Shown here: in pieces, positions 22,844 to 32,554 of the stretch
Position numbering within the stretch: position 1 is the first letter of the stretch
Layout of the letters: each line of letters begins with the position of its first letter
The notes under the pieces: model-generated
The model's database searches: none
What the model was told of the DNA's origin: nothing
The model's input: only the letters and a program-made list of their open reading frames with translations
Position numbers and translations under genes: made by a program
Source: an uncultured bacterium
GTDB lineage: Bacteria > Zhuqueibacterota > QNDG01 > DTFT01
Assembly: GCA_963736115.1 (NCBI GenBank)
Contig: CAVTNR010000003.1
Coordinates: 32,001-96,000, forward strand
Reading direction: 5' to 3'
DNA: 64,000 bases

Positions 22844-24275
22844 AAAGGTGCCGGTTATGTGGGAAAATGAAACCGTCGTCCTGGTAGTGAGCCTGAAGAA
22901 AAGAATCATGGGCGGATCAGACAAAGTCCGGTTCGGCCGCATTCAAGCGGACAATGCCATCCCTCCCTTTATAAAAGTGATTTTCAGAAACCGGGTGGAG
23001 GAATACCTGATTTCTGAATCCCCCCTGAGCTTCAAATCCACTCCGCATTTTGACCTGAAACCTGAGGATATCGAGGGCCTGAGGGGGCAAATACTCGATG
23101 TTTTCCGCGAAACCGCCATATTCCATCAGGAAGAAGTGGAAGAAATCCTCCGCCAGGCGCTGGTTATGCGTCTCGATTACCTGGTCAAGCCGGTGCGGAC
23201 CATGGAAAATCTCCTGTTCGGGAAAAAGGACAGAATCGACATATTCGACCTCGAAAAGCGGCTTGACCCCTTCTCCAAAGTGCTCCCCTATTCGGAAAAT
23301 GTCATCAAGGAATGCCGGAGACTGGGCTACACGGAACTGGAAAAAGATGAATTCCCCCGCCTGGCCGCGGACGTCGTTCAGAAAATGGCGGGCCAGGATC
23401 CGGTGAAGCTGGTCCTGCATGATTTTTCCGTTCTGACTGATTTTGTGTCCGAAACCAAAGGCGAGGAAATCGGCCGCATCGGCGGCGACGTTCTCGGGGA
23501 ATTTCTCGAGGACCGGTCCATGGCGTCCTTCCGCAAGGCCGTTGAAGTCGAAGTCAAGCTGGGCAAGGAGGACTTTGACGCGGCCGATCTTGAAATGACC
23601 ATCAAGCGCTATCTGGAACTGAGAGAGGCTTTCGGCTCCGCTCCCGGAGCCGCGGCGCCCGCGGTGGAACGAATTGAACGGTCTGAACCGTCCGAACCGG
23701 TCCGGCCCGTTGCCAGAAAACCGGCGCCGGCCCCTGCCCCCGCGCCTGAACCGGTTGTGATCGAGGAGCCGGAAAAGCTCGAGGACTCCTGGGATCTCGA
23801 TTCGGTGCTCGGAGAGGAAACGCCCCTGCTGGCCGTGGAGCCCGAGAAAGCGCTGTCCGCGCCCGCTGAAAAACCGAAAGCCGTGAAGAAACCGATGCGG
23901 ATCATCCGGCGGGAACAAGCGGAAGAGGAGGAAGAGCCGGAGACCGAGGATGCGGATTCGCTCGAGTCCATCGACGCGGAATTGATCTCGGAGCGCCGCG
24001 AGAACGGCCCCAGGCGGCCGTCGTTCCGGTCCCTGATCGACGAGAAAACCGAGAAAGTCTTCGTGAAAAAGCTGTTCAACGGCGACGGCGACGCGTATGG
24101 AAAGCTCATGCAGAAACTCGAGGACGCAGAAAGCTGGCGCGTGGCCAAGATCCTCATCGACAACGAACTGTTCAAGCGCGACGTAGATCCCTTCTCGCGT
24201 GAAGCCATCAAGCTGGTCGACCTGATCTACAGCCGTTATTATCCCGAAGAAAACGTGGGGGGAGCGAAGCGATGA
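22836..24275 (+). CDS. Hypothetical protein: helical N-domain, acidic/Pro-rich linker, compact C-terminal domain
   Basis: 479-codon ORF overlapping both neighbours; C-terminal FVKKLFNGD...Y...L....SW..A...V.LIY.RY pattern that I recall from FCB hypotheticals. Start uncertain. Confidence 0.7.
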   Translation: MYRKVPVMWENETVVLVVSLKKRIMGGSDKVRFGRIQADNAIPPFIKVIFRNRVEEYLISESPLSFKSTPHFDLKPEDIEGLRGQILDVFRETAIFHQEEVEEILRQALVMRLDYLVKPVRTMENLLFGKKDRIDIFDLEKRLDPFSKVLPYSENVIKECRRLGYTELEKDEFPRLAADVVQKMAGQDPVKLVLHDFSVLTDFVSETKGEEIGRIGGDVLGEFLEDRSMASFRKAVEVEVKLGKEDFDAADLEMTIKRYLELREAFGSAPGAAAPAVERIERSEPSEPVRPVARKPAPAPAPAPEPVVIEEPEKLEDSWDLDSVLGEETPLLAVEPEKALSAPAEKPKAVKKPMRIIRREQAEEEEEPETEDADSLESIDAELISERRENGPRRPSFRSLIDEKTEKVFVKKLFNGDGDAYGKLMQKLEDAESWRVAKILIDNELFKRDVDPFSREAIKLVDLIYSRYYPEENVGGAKR

Positions 24276-25057
24276 GACGGTTCAGGTGGATATTCTGGCT
24301 GGTTCTGCCCGCGATGGTGATGCTGGCGGACGGCCGCTTCTCGCGGAGCGAGGAGCGCAAGGGAATCGTGGCTTTCGCCGAGGGCGAGGTCCGGAAACAG
24401 CCGCCGGCCTCGGAGATGTGGGAGAACGCGCCCGTCCAGTCCGCGGTGAATTCCGGGGAGAAGGTGCGCACCTATCAGCTGTCCCGAGCCGAACTCGAGC
24501 TCATCCAGCTGGACATCATCCGTCTCGCGCCCAAGACCACGATTCTGCTCGACCGTCTGTACGAGGAGACGAAGGAAAAGAAGCTGGCCACATCCATCAA
24601 GGTGGAAAAAGGCGAGATCTGGGCGTCCGTGCACGAGGTGAACGCGGAAACGGAATTCGACATCAGCGCGCCCGTGGCGGCCGCGGCCATCACCGGCACT
24701 GTACTCCGCATGACCGTGCGGGAAGATTCGACCACACAGCTCAAGGTTTACAAGGGCGAGGTCAAGATCACCAATGCGCCGGAAAAGCCCGATCTCGCGC
24801 CGAAGCCCTCCGGAAAGCCCGTGCAGATCGAAGGCCCGAAGCCCATCCAGGGGCCCCGCGAAGTCTCTTTGGACGAATGGGTATATATTGTCAAGGGCAT
24901 GCAGCAGATCACGATCGACCCGAAGGGCATCGTACTCTCCATGGGTCAGTTCTCCAGAAAGGACATGGACGAGCAGACCGACTGGGTGAAGTGGAATAAA
25001 CAGCGCGAGGACATCCGCCAGCGCAGACTTCAGAATATGATGCAGAAACGAAGATAG
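24272..25057 (+). CDS. Exported FecR-domain protein
   Basis: Signal-like N-terminus; GEKVRT...SRAEL, G.IWA.V, APVAAAAITGT, T.L.VYKGEV.I motifs. Confidence 0.75.
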   Translation: MRRFRWIFWLVLPAMVMLADGRFSRSEERKGIVAFAEGEVRKQPPASEMWENAPVQSAVNSGEKVRTYQLSRAELELIQLDIIRLAPKTTILLDRLYEETKEKKLATSIKVEKGEIWASVHEVNAETEFDISAPVAAAAITGTVLRMTVREDSTTQLKVYKGEVKITNAPEKPDLAPKPSGKPVQIEGPKPIQGPREVSLDEWVYIVKGMQQITIDPKGIVLSMGQFSRKDMDEQTDWVKWNKQREDIRQRRLQNMMQKRR

Positions 25058-25078
25058 ACATCCGTTCACAAGGAACCC

Positions 25079-25112
25079 AAATCCCGCGGGCCCAAAACCC
25101 GCGGGATTTTTT
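25079..25112 (+). terminator. Rho-independent terminator
   Basis: AAATCCCGCGGG-cccaaaa-CCCGCGGGATTTTTT. Confidence 0.8.
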
Positions 25113-25197
25113 GTCTGCCCCTGTCCGGGATGAAGAAACAGTTTGATTTTTTGGAAAAAAGTATGAATTTTAGGTATCGAAACCCCGTCCGGATCGG

Positions 25198-28100
25198 GTG
25201 AGCATGAAAAACGGCCTCCAGTACATTCTTTTTTTTGCATTATTCGCTTCCCCGGTGAAAACCTGCTTCGGCCTGGAAACTGCTTCCGGACCGGCGAATG
25301 TACAGGAAGCTTCCGAACTTTTACATTTCCGCCGTCTCTCCAAAAACCTCTCCTACAACACAGCCGAATGCATTTTTCAGGACCAGCGCGGATTTCTCTG
25401 GATCGGGACGCCGAGGGGCCTGAACCGGTACGATGGAATCAATATCCGCATTTACGTCCATGATCCGGACGACAGCACCAGCCTGTCGAACGACCATATC
25501 CGTAAAATTACGGAGGATCAAAAAGGCGATCTTTGGATCGCAACTGAAAACGGCCTGAACCGGTACGACCGGTCCAGGGACCGCTTCGTCCGGTATCACG
25601 CATCCGCACGGGCCAACAGCCTGGCCGGCAGTACGGTCAGCGACGTCCGGGCGGACCGGCAGGGCCGGGTCTGGGTCGCCGCGGATAACCTGTGCCTGTA
25701 CCGGCCGGAGACGGATGATTTTCTCCGTTTTCTCCCGGACGTTCCTCCGACCCCGGGAGATCCGGCGAATTACCATAATTTCATTTACGATGACAGCGAA
25801 GGACGGATCTGGTACGGAAGGTGGCGGGAATTGTACCGTCTCGATTCACCGACCGGCCGGCTGGAGCGGGTTTTCAACGGAAACGCGGAACCGCTCGGCA
25901 ATGAGTTCTGGAACTTCCAGGAAATGATGCAGGACGCTTCCGGCACATTCTGGGTGGCCACCAATCAGGCCGGGCTCCGGTATTTCAAGAACGGCACCGG
26001 ACCGATCCGGATGCGGCGTTTTCCGGATTCCATAGGCGAGAATGACTTTCTGAGCCGGTACCGGATTCTGGCGATCTGCGGGGACCGGCAGGGACGGCTG
26101 TGGGTAAGCATGGAGGACAACGGGCTCGCGGTTTATGATCGGGAAAGACGGCTCAGCCACAGGTTTAAAAGCAGGCGCGACGAGGAATTCTCGATCAGCG
26201 GCAATTCCGTGTGGTCCATATTCGAAGACCGCCAGGCCAGGCTGTGGTTCGGAACATGGATGGCGGGCGTCAATTGCATCGACCCGAACGAACTCAAGTT
26301 TAGCCGCATCCACGGCTTTCCGGGAAGCGGATTCAGCGGCGGTATTGTGACCGCGTTTCTGGAGGACCCCTCCGGTAATTTCTGGATCGGCACGGACGGC
26401 GGCGGGCTGAACCATTACAACCGGCTGAAACGGACGTTCCGCTCATACCGGCACGATCCCCGGGATTCGCGAAGCCTCGGCAGTAACGCCGTGCTTTCGC
26501 TTGCGACGGACGATTTGGGCCGGCTGTGGGCCGGGACCTGGAACGGCGGAATCAGCATTCTGAACGCGGACGGGAACGGATTCCAGCGCCTGAATTCGGG
26601 GAACAGCGCATTACAGAGCAATCACGTATTTGCGCTCGTCAATGACGGCAAAGGCCGCATGGCGGTCGGGACATACGGGGGGGGGCTCACTCTGGTCGAT
26701 TCGCGGACCGGAGTGATGACGACCTATCAGACGAACCCCGCGGACCCGGCCAGCCTGCAGAGCAACATCGTATTCTCCCTGTACCGGGACCGCAGGAGCA
26801 TTTTGTGGGTGGGCACCTTGTCCGACGGTCTGGCCCGGTTCCGGGAAGACAAGCCGGGAAAGGGAAGCTTCGTCCGGTACACGCAGGATCCCACGGACAC
26901 GGCGGGCCTGTGCGACAACCGGATTCATTCGATGTTCGAGGACGGGCAGGGCCGGTTCTGGGTCGGGACTTCGAACGGACTGGGCCTGTTGGACCGGGAC
27001 ACCGGGCGTTTCCGGACGGTTCGCACGAGACACGGGCTTGCGAATGATTTCATTCTCGCCGTGCAGGGCGACGGAAAGGGGAACTTGTGGATCAGCTCTC
27101 TGGCCGGAGTCACGCGGTTCAATACGGACTCGGCCGTGTTCCGGACATTCGAAAGCCTCGCCGAAGCGCCCGGGGGCCAGTTCAACCTGAAGGCGGTTTT
27201 CCGGACCCGGAGAGGGGAACTGCTGTTCGGCGGCGCGGACGGCTTCGTTCTGTTTCATCCGGACAGCATACGGCCCAATCCGTATCCCCCGCAGATCGCG
27301 TTCACGGACCTCCGGATTTTCAACAGATCCGTTCCAGTCGGGAAAGAGGGGCCGCTCCGTTCCCAGATCGGAGAAACGCGGGATCTGACGCTTTCTCACC
27401 GCGCTTCCGTTTTTTCCGTTGAGTTCACGGCCCTGAATTTCACCCATCCGGAACGGAACCGGTACGCCTTTCGCATGGAGGGGTTCGAGAAGGAGTGGAA
27501 CGAGGTCGGCACTCAGAACCATGCGACCTACACCAACCTGAATCCGGGCCGCTACGTGTTTCGCGTAAAAGCCGCGAATAACGACGGGGTGTGGAACGAG
27601 GAGGGCATCTCTCTCCGGATCCGGATCAAACCCCCGTTCTGGAAAACCTGGATTGCCTTTTTGATGTACGGCCTGCTTGCCGGCGGCGTCATTATGGCCT
27701 TCATCCGTTTTAGACTGAAACGGCAGAGAATGAAGCATGAACTGGAGATGGAGCACCTTCAGTTCGAAAAACTGGTGGAAGCGGATCGGATGAAATCACG
27801 GTTTTTCAGCAGTGTGTCCCACGAACTGCGCACGCCGATCATGCTGATTCTCGGCCCGCTGGACCACCTCATCCGGACAAGCCGAATGGACACCGCCTTC
27901 AAGGGAACGCTGGAAATGGCGGCACGCAATGCCAGGCGGCTTTCGCGTCTGTTGAACCAGTTCATTGAATTCTACAAAACGGAACCCTCCGAACTCCGGC
28001 TGAAAACCGAACAGCTCGACATGGTCCGGTTCCTGCAGGACGCGTATCTTTCCTTCCGGGAATACGCAAGCCTGCACCAAATCGACTTTCAGTTTCACAG

Positions 28101-29409
28101 CACGATTTCATACGGATTGACCTGGTTCGATCCGGACGCGCTGGATAAAATCGTCTACAATCTCCTGTCCAATGCGTTCAAGTTCACCCCGGACGGCGGT
28201 TGCGTCACGCTGACCCTTGAGGTTCCGGGCGAGGATGAGGAAACGGAGAAGACCGTCCGAATCCGCGTCGCGGACACGGGCGTCGGAATTCCGGCGGACC
28301 GCCTGGAGCGTCTTTTCGACCGCTCAAGCCGGCCGGAATCAGCGTCTCCGTCCGGAGAGCGGGGACTGGGCATTGGACTTCACCTGGCGCATGAGCTGGT
28401 CGAAATGCACCAGGGCCGGATCACCGTGCAGAGCGAGGAGGGCAAGGGAACGATTTTCACCGTGCAGATCCCGGTGGACGTGATGGTGTCGGAGCGTCCG
28501 GCGGACCGTGAACCGGCGCAGGCTCCGGATTTCGGAACGGACGATCCGCAGGAATCCGACCCGGCCGTCGGAACCGGCGGGGAGTCAGACGGCCGGCCGG
28601 CCGAGGCGGTCAAATCGCCCCACCTGATACTGGTCGTGGACGACGATCCGGACATGCACCGGCACATCCAGAACTTGTTCGGCCCTTCCGTACGCATGCT
28701 GTCCGCAATGGACGGAAAAACGGGCCTCGAGAAGGCCATATCCGCGGTGCCGGATCTCGTGATCAGCGATCTCGAAATGCCCGGACTGAACGGATACGAC
28801 TTGTGCCGCAGAATCAAGACCGAGGAGAAAACCAGCCATATCCCCGTGCTTCTGCTGACCGTGCACAGCGAGCGCCAGCATAAAATCAAGGGCATACTGA
28901 TCGGCGCGGACGATTACCTGCCCAAGCCTTTCGACGCCAAGGAACTTGAGGCGCGGGTTATCAATCTGCTGGAGTCGAGAAAAAAACTGAGGACGCATTT
29001 CAGAAACCAGATCCTGACGGAACCCAAGGATACTCCGGTGATGAGCCTGGATGAGCGGTTTCTCGAACGCGCCCGCCAGATCGTGGAGAACCGTCTGTCG
29101 GACTGGAAATTGGACGCGGACGGTCTCAGCCGGGAGGCCGGGGTCAGCAGGACCCAGCTGTACAGGAAACTCAGGAGCCTCACGGGACAGACGGTGCACG
29201 AATTCATACGCACCATACGCCTCAAGGCCGCGGCTCAGCTTCTTGACAGCAGAAAGATGAAAATATCCGAAATTGCCTATCATGTTGGATTCAATGATCT
29301 GAATTATTTTTCCAGGTGTTTCCGCAAGCAATTCGGTCAGTCGCCCTCCGAGTATCTCGCTTCGAAGCTTAATATCGATCTGTCAAAAACAGGCAAAACA
29401 AGAAGTTAG
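25198..29409 (+). CDS. Hybrid two-component sensor/regulator (beta-propeller, Y_Y_Y, TM, HisKA, HATPase, receiver, AraC HTH)
   Basis: Repeated ED..G.LWIGT..GL motifs; YTNLNPGRYVFRVKAAN; SHELRTP; NLLSNAFKFT; DTGVGI; VVDDD...SDLEMP; IAYHVGFND..YFSRCFRKQFG. Confidence 0.93.
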   Translation: MSMKNGLQYILFFALFASPVKTCFGLETASGPANVQEASELLHFRRLSKNLSYNTAECIFQDQRGFLWIGTPRGLNRYDGINIRIYVHDPDDSTSLSNDHIRKITEDQKGDLWIATENGLNRYDRSRDRFVRYHASARANSLAGSTVSDVRADRQGRVWVAADNLCLYRPETDDFLRFLPDVPPTPGDPANYHNFIYDDSEGRIWYGRWRELYRLDSPTGRLERVFNGNAEPLGNEFWNFQEMMQDASGTFWVATNQAGLRYFKNGTGPIRMRRFPDSIGENDFLSRYRILAICGDRQGRLWVSMEDNGLAVYDRERRLSHRFKSRRDEEFSISGNSVWSIFEDRQARLWFGTWMAGVNCIDPNELKFSRIHGFPGSGFSGGIVTAFLEDPSGNFWIGTDGGGLNHYNRLKRTFRSYRHDPRDSRSLGSNAVLSLATDDLGRLWAGTWNGGISILNADGNGFQRLNSGNSALQSNHVFALVNDGKGRMAVGTYGGGLTLVDSRTGVMTTYQTNPADPASLQSNIVFSLYRDRRSILWVGTLSDGLARFREDKPGKGSFVRYTQDPTDTAGLCDNRIHSMFEDGQGRFWVGTSNGLGLLDRDTGRFRTVRTRHGLANDFILAVQGDGKGNLWISSLAGVTRFNTDSAVFRTFESLAEAPGGQFNLKAVFRTRRGELLFGGADGFVLFHPDSIRPNPYPPQIAFTDLRIFNRSVPVGKEGPLRSQIGETRDLTLSHRASVFSVEFTALNFTHPERNRYAFRMEGFEKEWNEVGTQNHATYTNLNPGRYVFRVKAANNDGVWNEEGISLRIRIKPPFWKTWIAFLMYGLLAGGVIMAFIRFRLKRQRMKHELEMEHLQFEKLVEADRMKSRFFSSVSHELRTPIMLILGPLDHLIRTSRMDTAFKGTLEMAARNARRLSRLLNQFIEFYKTEPSELRLKTEQLDMVRFLQDAYLSFREYASLHQIDFQFHSTISYGLTWFDPDALDKIVYNLLSNAFKFTPDGGCVTLTLEVPGEDEETEKTVRIRVADTGVGIPADRLERLFDRSSRPESASPSGERGLGIGLHLAHELVEMHQGRITVQSEEGKGTIFTVQIPVDVMVSERPADREPAQAPDFGTDDPQESDPAVGTGGESDGRPAEAVKSPHLILVVDDDPDMHRHIQNLFGPSVRMLSAMDGKTGLEKAISAVPDLVISDLEMPGLNGYDLCRRIKTEEKTSHIPVLLLTVHSERQHKIKGILIGADDYLPKPFDAKELEARVINLLESRKKLRTHFRNQILTEPKDTPVMSLDERFLERARQIVENRLSDWKLDADGLSREAGVSRTQLYRKLRSLTGQTVHEFIRTIRLKAAAQLLDSRKMKISEIAYHVGFNDLNYFSRCFRKQFGQSPSEYLASKLNIDLSKTGKTRS

Positions 29410-29557
29410 CGTCATCCTCGCCCGGCTTTCAGCCCATCAGCCCCGATTTTGGGAATAGGGTGCTAATAATCCGCACCCGGTTATGAGCATTTTACCCTCC
29501 ATCATTCTATCTTACGGACATTCCGCAATCCCATTCCTTGATCAGGGAGAAAGGGTT

Positions 29558-32518
29558 ATGAGAAGGAAACCAAAAAGCGTTTCGGCCTGGCTGTGGCTGT
29601 CTCTTTCGGTTTGGACAGGGGCGGCAGGCCTGCTGGCCGGCACGACCGGCAAGATTTCAGGCGTGGTCCTGGACGCGGTCACGAAACAGCCGCTGGTCGG
29701 CGCAAACGTCATCGTGACAGGCGCGGGTATCGGCGCGGCCGTGGACCTGGACGGCTCCTATGCGATCCTGAACGTTCCGCCCGGCACGTACACCGTCCGC
29801 TTCACCATGATGGGGTACAGGCAGACCGTGATCGAGAACGCCCGGGTATCGATCGACATGACCACGGTACTGGACGGTCTCCTCAGTCCCACGGTGCTGA
29901 ACAGCGACGAGATCGTGATCATTCAGGCCGAGCGGCCCCTGGTGAAAAAGGACATGACCAGTTCGCTCGTTTCCGTGTCATCCGATGAAATCAGCAACCT
30001 GCCGGTTTCCGAGGTGAGCGAGGTGCTTGCCCTCCAGGCCGGTGTCGTGCGGTCGGACGGACTGCATATCCGGGGCGGCCGGTCGAACGAAATCGCGTAC
30101 TGGGTCGACGGCGTATCCGCCACCAATGTTTTCTCCGGCACCATGGGCGTGACGGTCGAGAACGCGGCGATCAAGGAACTGCAGGTGATCAGCGGGACCT
30201 TCAACGCCGAGTACGGGCAGGCAATGTCCGGAATCGTCAACATTATCACCAAGGAGGGGAGCGAGAAATACACCGGCCAGGTGCGCGCCTATGTCGGCGA
30301 TTATGTGAGCCCGGGCGGTAAATTCGGGGTTCTGAAGTCGGTCCGGACCGGAACGAATACGGCTACGGGGAAACCGGAGGCGGTCGGTGTCGAACAGAAC
30401 CCCCTTTCGAAATTCAATCCCGTTGCGGACGCGGAGATGAATCTCAGCGGGCCGGTGCCGGGATTCGGCCGGAAACTCACATTTTTCGCCAATGCCCGGG
30501 TTTTCTCGAACGAGGGGTATCTCTACGGCCGGGACTGGTTCAGGCCCACGGGCGCGGCCGGAGACAGCGGCCTGGTTCCGATGAGCCCCTATGAGCGGCA
30601 GAACGTCCAGGTTAAGCTGAAATACCAGGCCGGCGCCCAACTGAAATTCACGCATAATGTCTTCTGGAGCCATGACGGCCAGGACCGGGTGTACAACCAC
30701 CTCTATAAATACAATCCGTACGGCACGGCCCGTCATTTCAACGACGGGCTGACGCAGATCTTCACCATGAACCACGTTCTTTCCGAAAAGATGTTTTACG
30801 AGCTGAAACTGAGCCGTTTCGACAACACGTACAAGCAGTACGTGTACGAGAACCCGGAAGCTAAGCCCGATTATCTCGTGCGGATGACGGATGCGGGGGG
30901 CAATGCCGTCACCTTCGATCCGGTCACGGCCGCGGGCCGGGCCAGGCTCGATTCGCTGATCGCCGAGCAGGCGCCCTACTCCTACATCGTCGATCCGGAC
31001 GGCCCGGACGGGTACATCCATCATGATCAGGACCAGTCTCCGACCCCGTACAGTTTTCTGAACGACGGGATGGACCGGGATCATTTCAAGCAGAGCACCG
31101 GATACTGGCTCGGAAAACTGGACCTGACCAGCCAGGTCAACCGCATCCACCAGATCAAGGCGGGCGTGGAGATGCGCCTCTACCGGCTGTTCTTCGAACA
31201 GTTCACGCTGCGTCCGAAACTGAAGACCGAGGCGGACGAGGAAATCGTGCCGTACGAACCGGAGATCAAGCCGCTGTCGAGCATGTACCATTGGAAATAC
31301 GACCGCAAGCCGAAGGAATTCTCCGCGTATGCGCAGGACAAGATCGAGCTGAACGACCTCATCGTCAATCTCGGGCTCCGGTTCGATTATTTCAATTCGA
31401 TGGGCGTCGTCCCGGCGGATCCCTCGGATCCCAACATCTATTACCCGTTCAAGGACGCGCACATCTACCGGAATCCGGACGCGCCCGATTCTCTGCGGGT
31501 GGAATACACGCCGGACGAGCGGCGCGCCTTCATGCATAAAAAGGCGGGTTCCAAGACCCAGGTCAGCCCGAGACTGGGCATCGCGTATCCGGTCACGGAC
31601 CGGGGCGTCATCCATTTCTCCTACGGTCATTTCTTCCAGATCCCGACGTTCAATTATCTGTACGACCGGCCGGATTTCAAGATCGACCCCTCGACCACCC
31701 GCGTCATCATGGGCAACGCGGATCTGAAACCCCAGCGGACCGTCCAGTACGAAATCGGCCTGCAGCAGCAGGTATCGGACAATATCGGAATGGACGTGAC
31801 GGTTTTCTATCGGGATGTGCGCGACTGGGTCAGCACCAGCGCGATGATCGTCACGCCCATGCCCGGCGTGGAATATGCCCGGTGGGAGAACAAGGACTAC
31901 TCCAATGTCCGCGGGGTTACGGTGGGCGTATCCAAACGGTTCTCGAACCGTTTTTCGGCCGAGCTGGATTATTATTACCAGGTGGCTGAAGGCACCTATT
32001 CCAACCCGAACGACGCGTTTCTCGCGATGATCGGGAATCAGGAGCCGCGGCTGAAACTGGTTCCGATGAGCTGGGACCAGACCCATACGATCAACGGAAG
32101 CTTCAGCTGGGCCCGGGACGGGTGGACGGTGTCCATGATCGCGAGTTATTACACCGGCCGGCCGTATACGCCGACGGTGGCCAGGGCCTCCACGGTCGGA
32201 TCGGCCGCGGTCCTCGAATTCGACGACAACAGCCGGCGTATGCCCTCGAGGAAGAACGTGGATCTCCTGGTCCGGAAAGCTTTCCCCTTCCGGAGCCTCC
32301 AGGTGTCGCTGTTCGTCAACGCGTACAACCTGCTCGACATCGAGAATCAGAATGCCGTCTGGTCTGACACGGGCACGGCGGATTACACGACCACGATCGA
32401 ACCGTCGGCCATCCCGTTCGACGCGAACCGGGTCGGCACCCTCGGGGACTACAGCCGGATTTCCGGATACTACGCGGAACCCCGGCGCATCGAAATCGGC
32501 ATGGCGGTCGGATTCTGA
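29558..32518 (+). CDS. TonB-dependent receptor with N-terminal carboxypeptidase-regulatory-like domain
   Basis: Signal peptide then GTTGKISG.V.D..T..PL.GANV; plug HIRGGRSNE..Y.VDG and SGTFNAEYG.AMSG.VNI.TKEG; SPRLGIAYP; GNADLKP; terminal Phe. ATG 29558 chosen over 29483 because of its RBS. Confidence 0.9.
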   Translation: MRRKPKSVSAWLWLSLSVWTGAAGLLAGTTGKISGVVLDAVTKQPLVGANVIVTGAGIGAAVDLDGSYAILNVPPGTYTVRFTMMGYRQTVIENARVSIDMTTVLDGLLSPTVLNSDEIVIIQAERPLVKKDMTSSLVSVSSDEISNLPVSEVSEVLALQAGVVRSDGLHIRGGRSNEIAYWVDGVSATNVFSGTMGVTVENAAIKELQVISGTFNAEYGQAMSGIVNIITKEGSEKYTGQVRAYVGDYVSPGGKFGVLKSVRTGTNTATGKPEAVGVEQNPLSKFNPVADAEMNLSGPVPGFGRKLTFFANARVFSNEGYLYGRDWFRPTGAAGDSGLVPMSPYERQNVQVKLKYQAGAQLKFTHNVFWSHDGQDRVYNHLYKYNPYGTARHFNDGLTQIFTMNHVLSEKMFYELKLSRFDNTYKQYVYENPEAKPDYLVRMTDAGGNAVTFDPVTAAGRARLDSLIAEQAPYSYIVDPDGPDGYIHHDQDQSPTPYSFLNDGMDRDHFKQSTGYWLGKLDLTSQVNRIHQIKAGVEMRLYRLFFEQFTLRPKLKTEADEEIVPYEPEIKPLSSMYHWKYDRKPKEFSAYAQDKIELNDLIVNLGLRFDYFNSMGVVPADPSDPNIYYPFKDAHIYRNPDAPDSLRVEYTPDERRAFMHKKAGSKTQVSPRLGIAYPVTDRGVIHFSYGHFFQIPTFNYLYDRPDFKIDPSTTRVIMGNADLKPQRTVQYEIGLQQQVSDNIGMDVTVFYRDVRDWVSTSAMIVTPMPGVEYARWENKDYSNVRGVTVGVSKRFSNRFSAELDYYYQVAEGTYSNPNDAFLAMIGNQEPRLKLVPMSWDQTHTINGSFSWARDGWTVSMIASYYTGRPYTPTVARASTVGSAAVLEFDDNSRRMPSRKNVDLLVRKAFPFRSLQVSLFVNAYNLLDIENQNAVWSDTGTADYTTTIEPSAIPFDANRVGTLGDYSRISGYYAEPRRIEIGMAVGF

Positions 32519-32554
32519 TCCGTCGCGGCCATGGACTCGGATAAGGAGAAGAAG

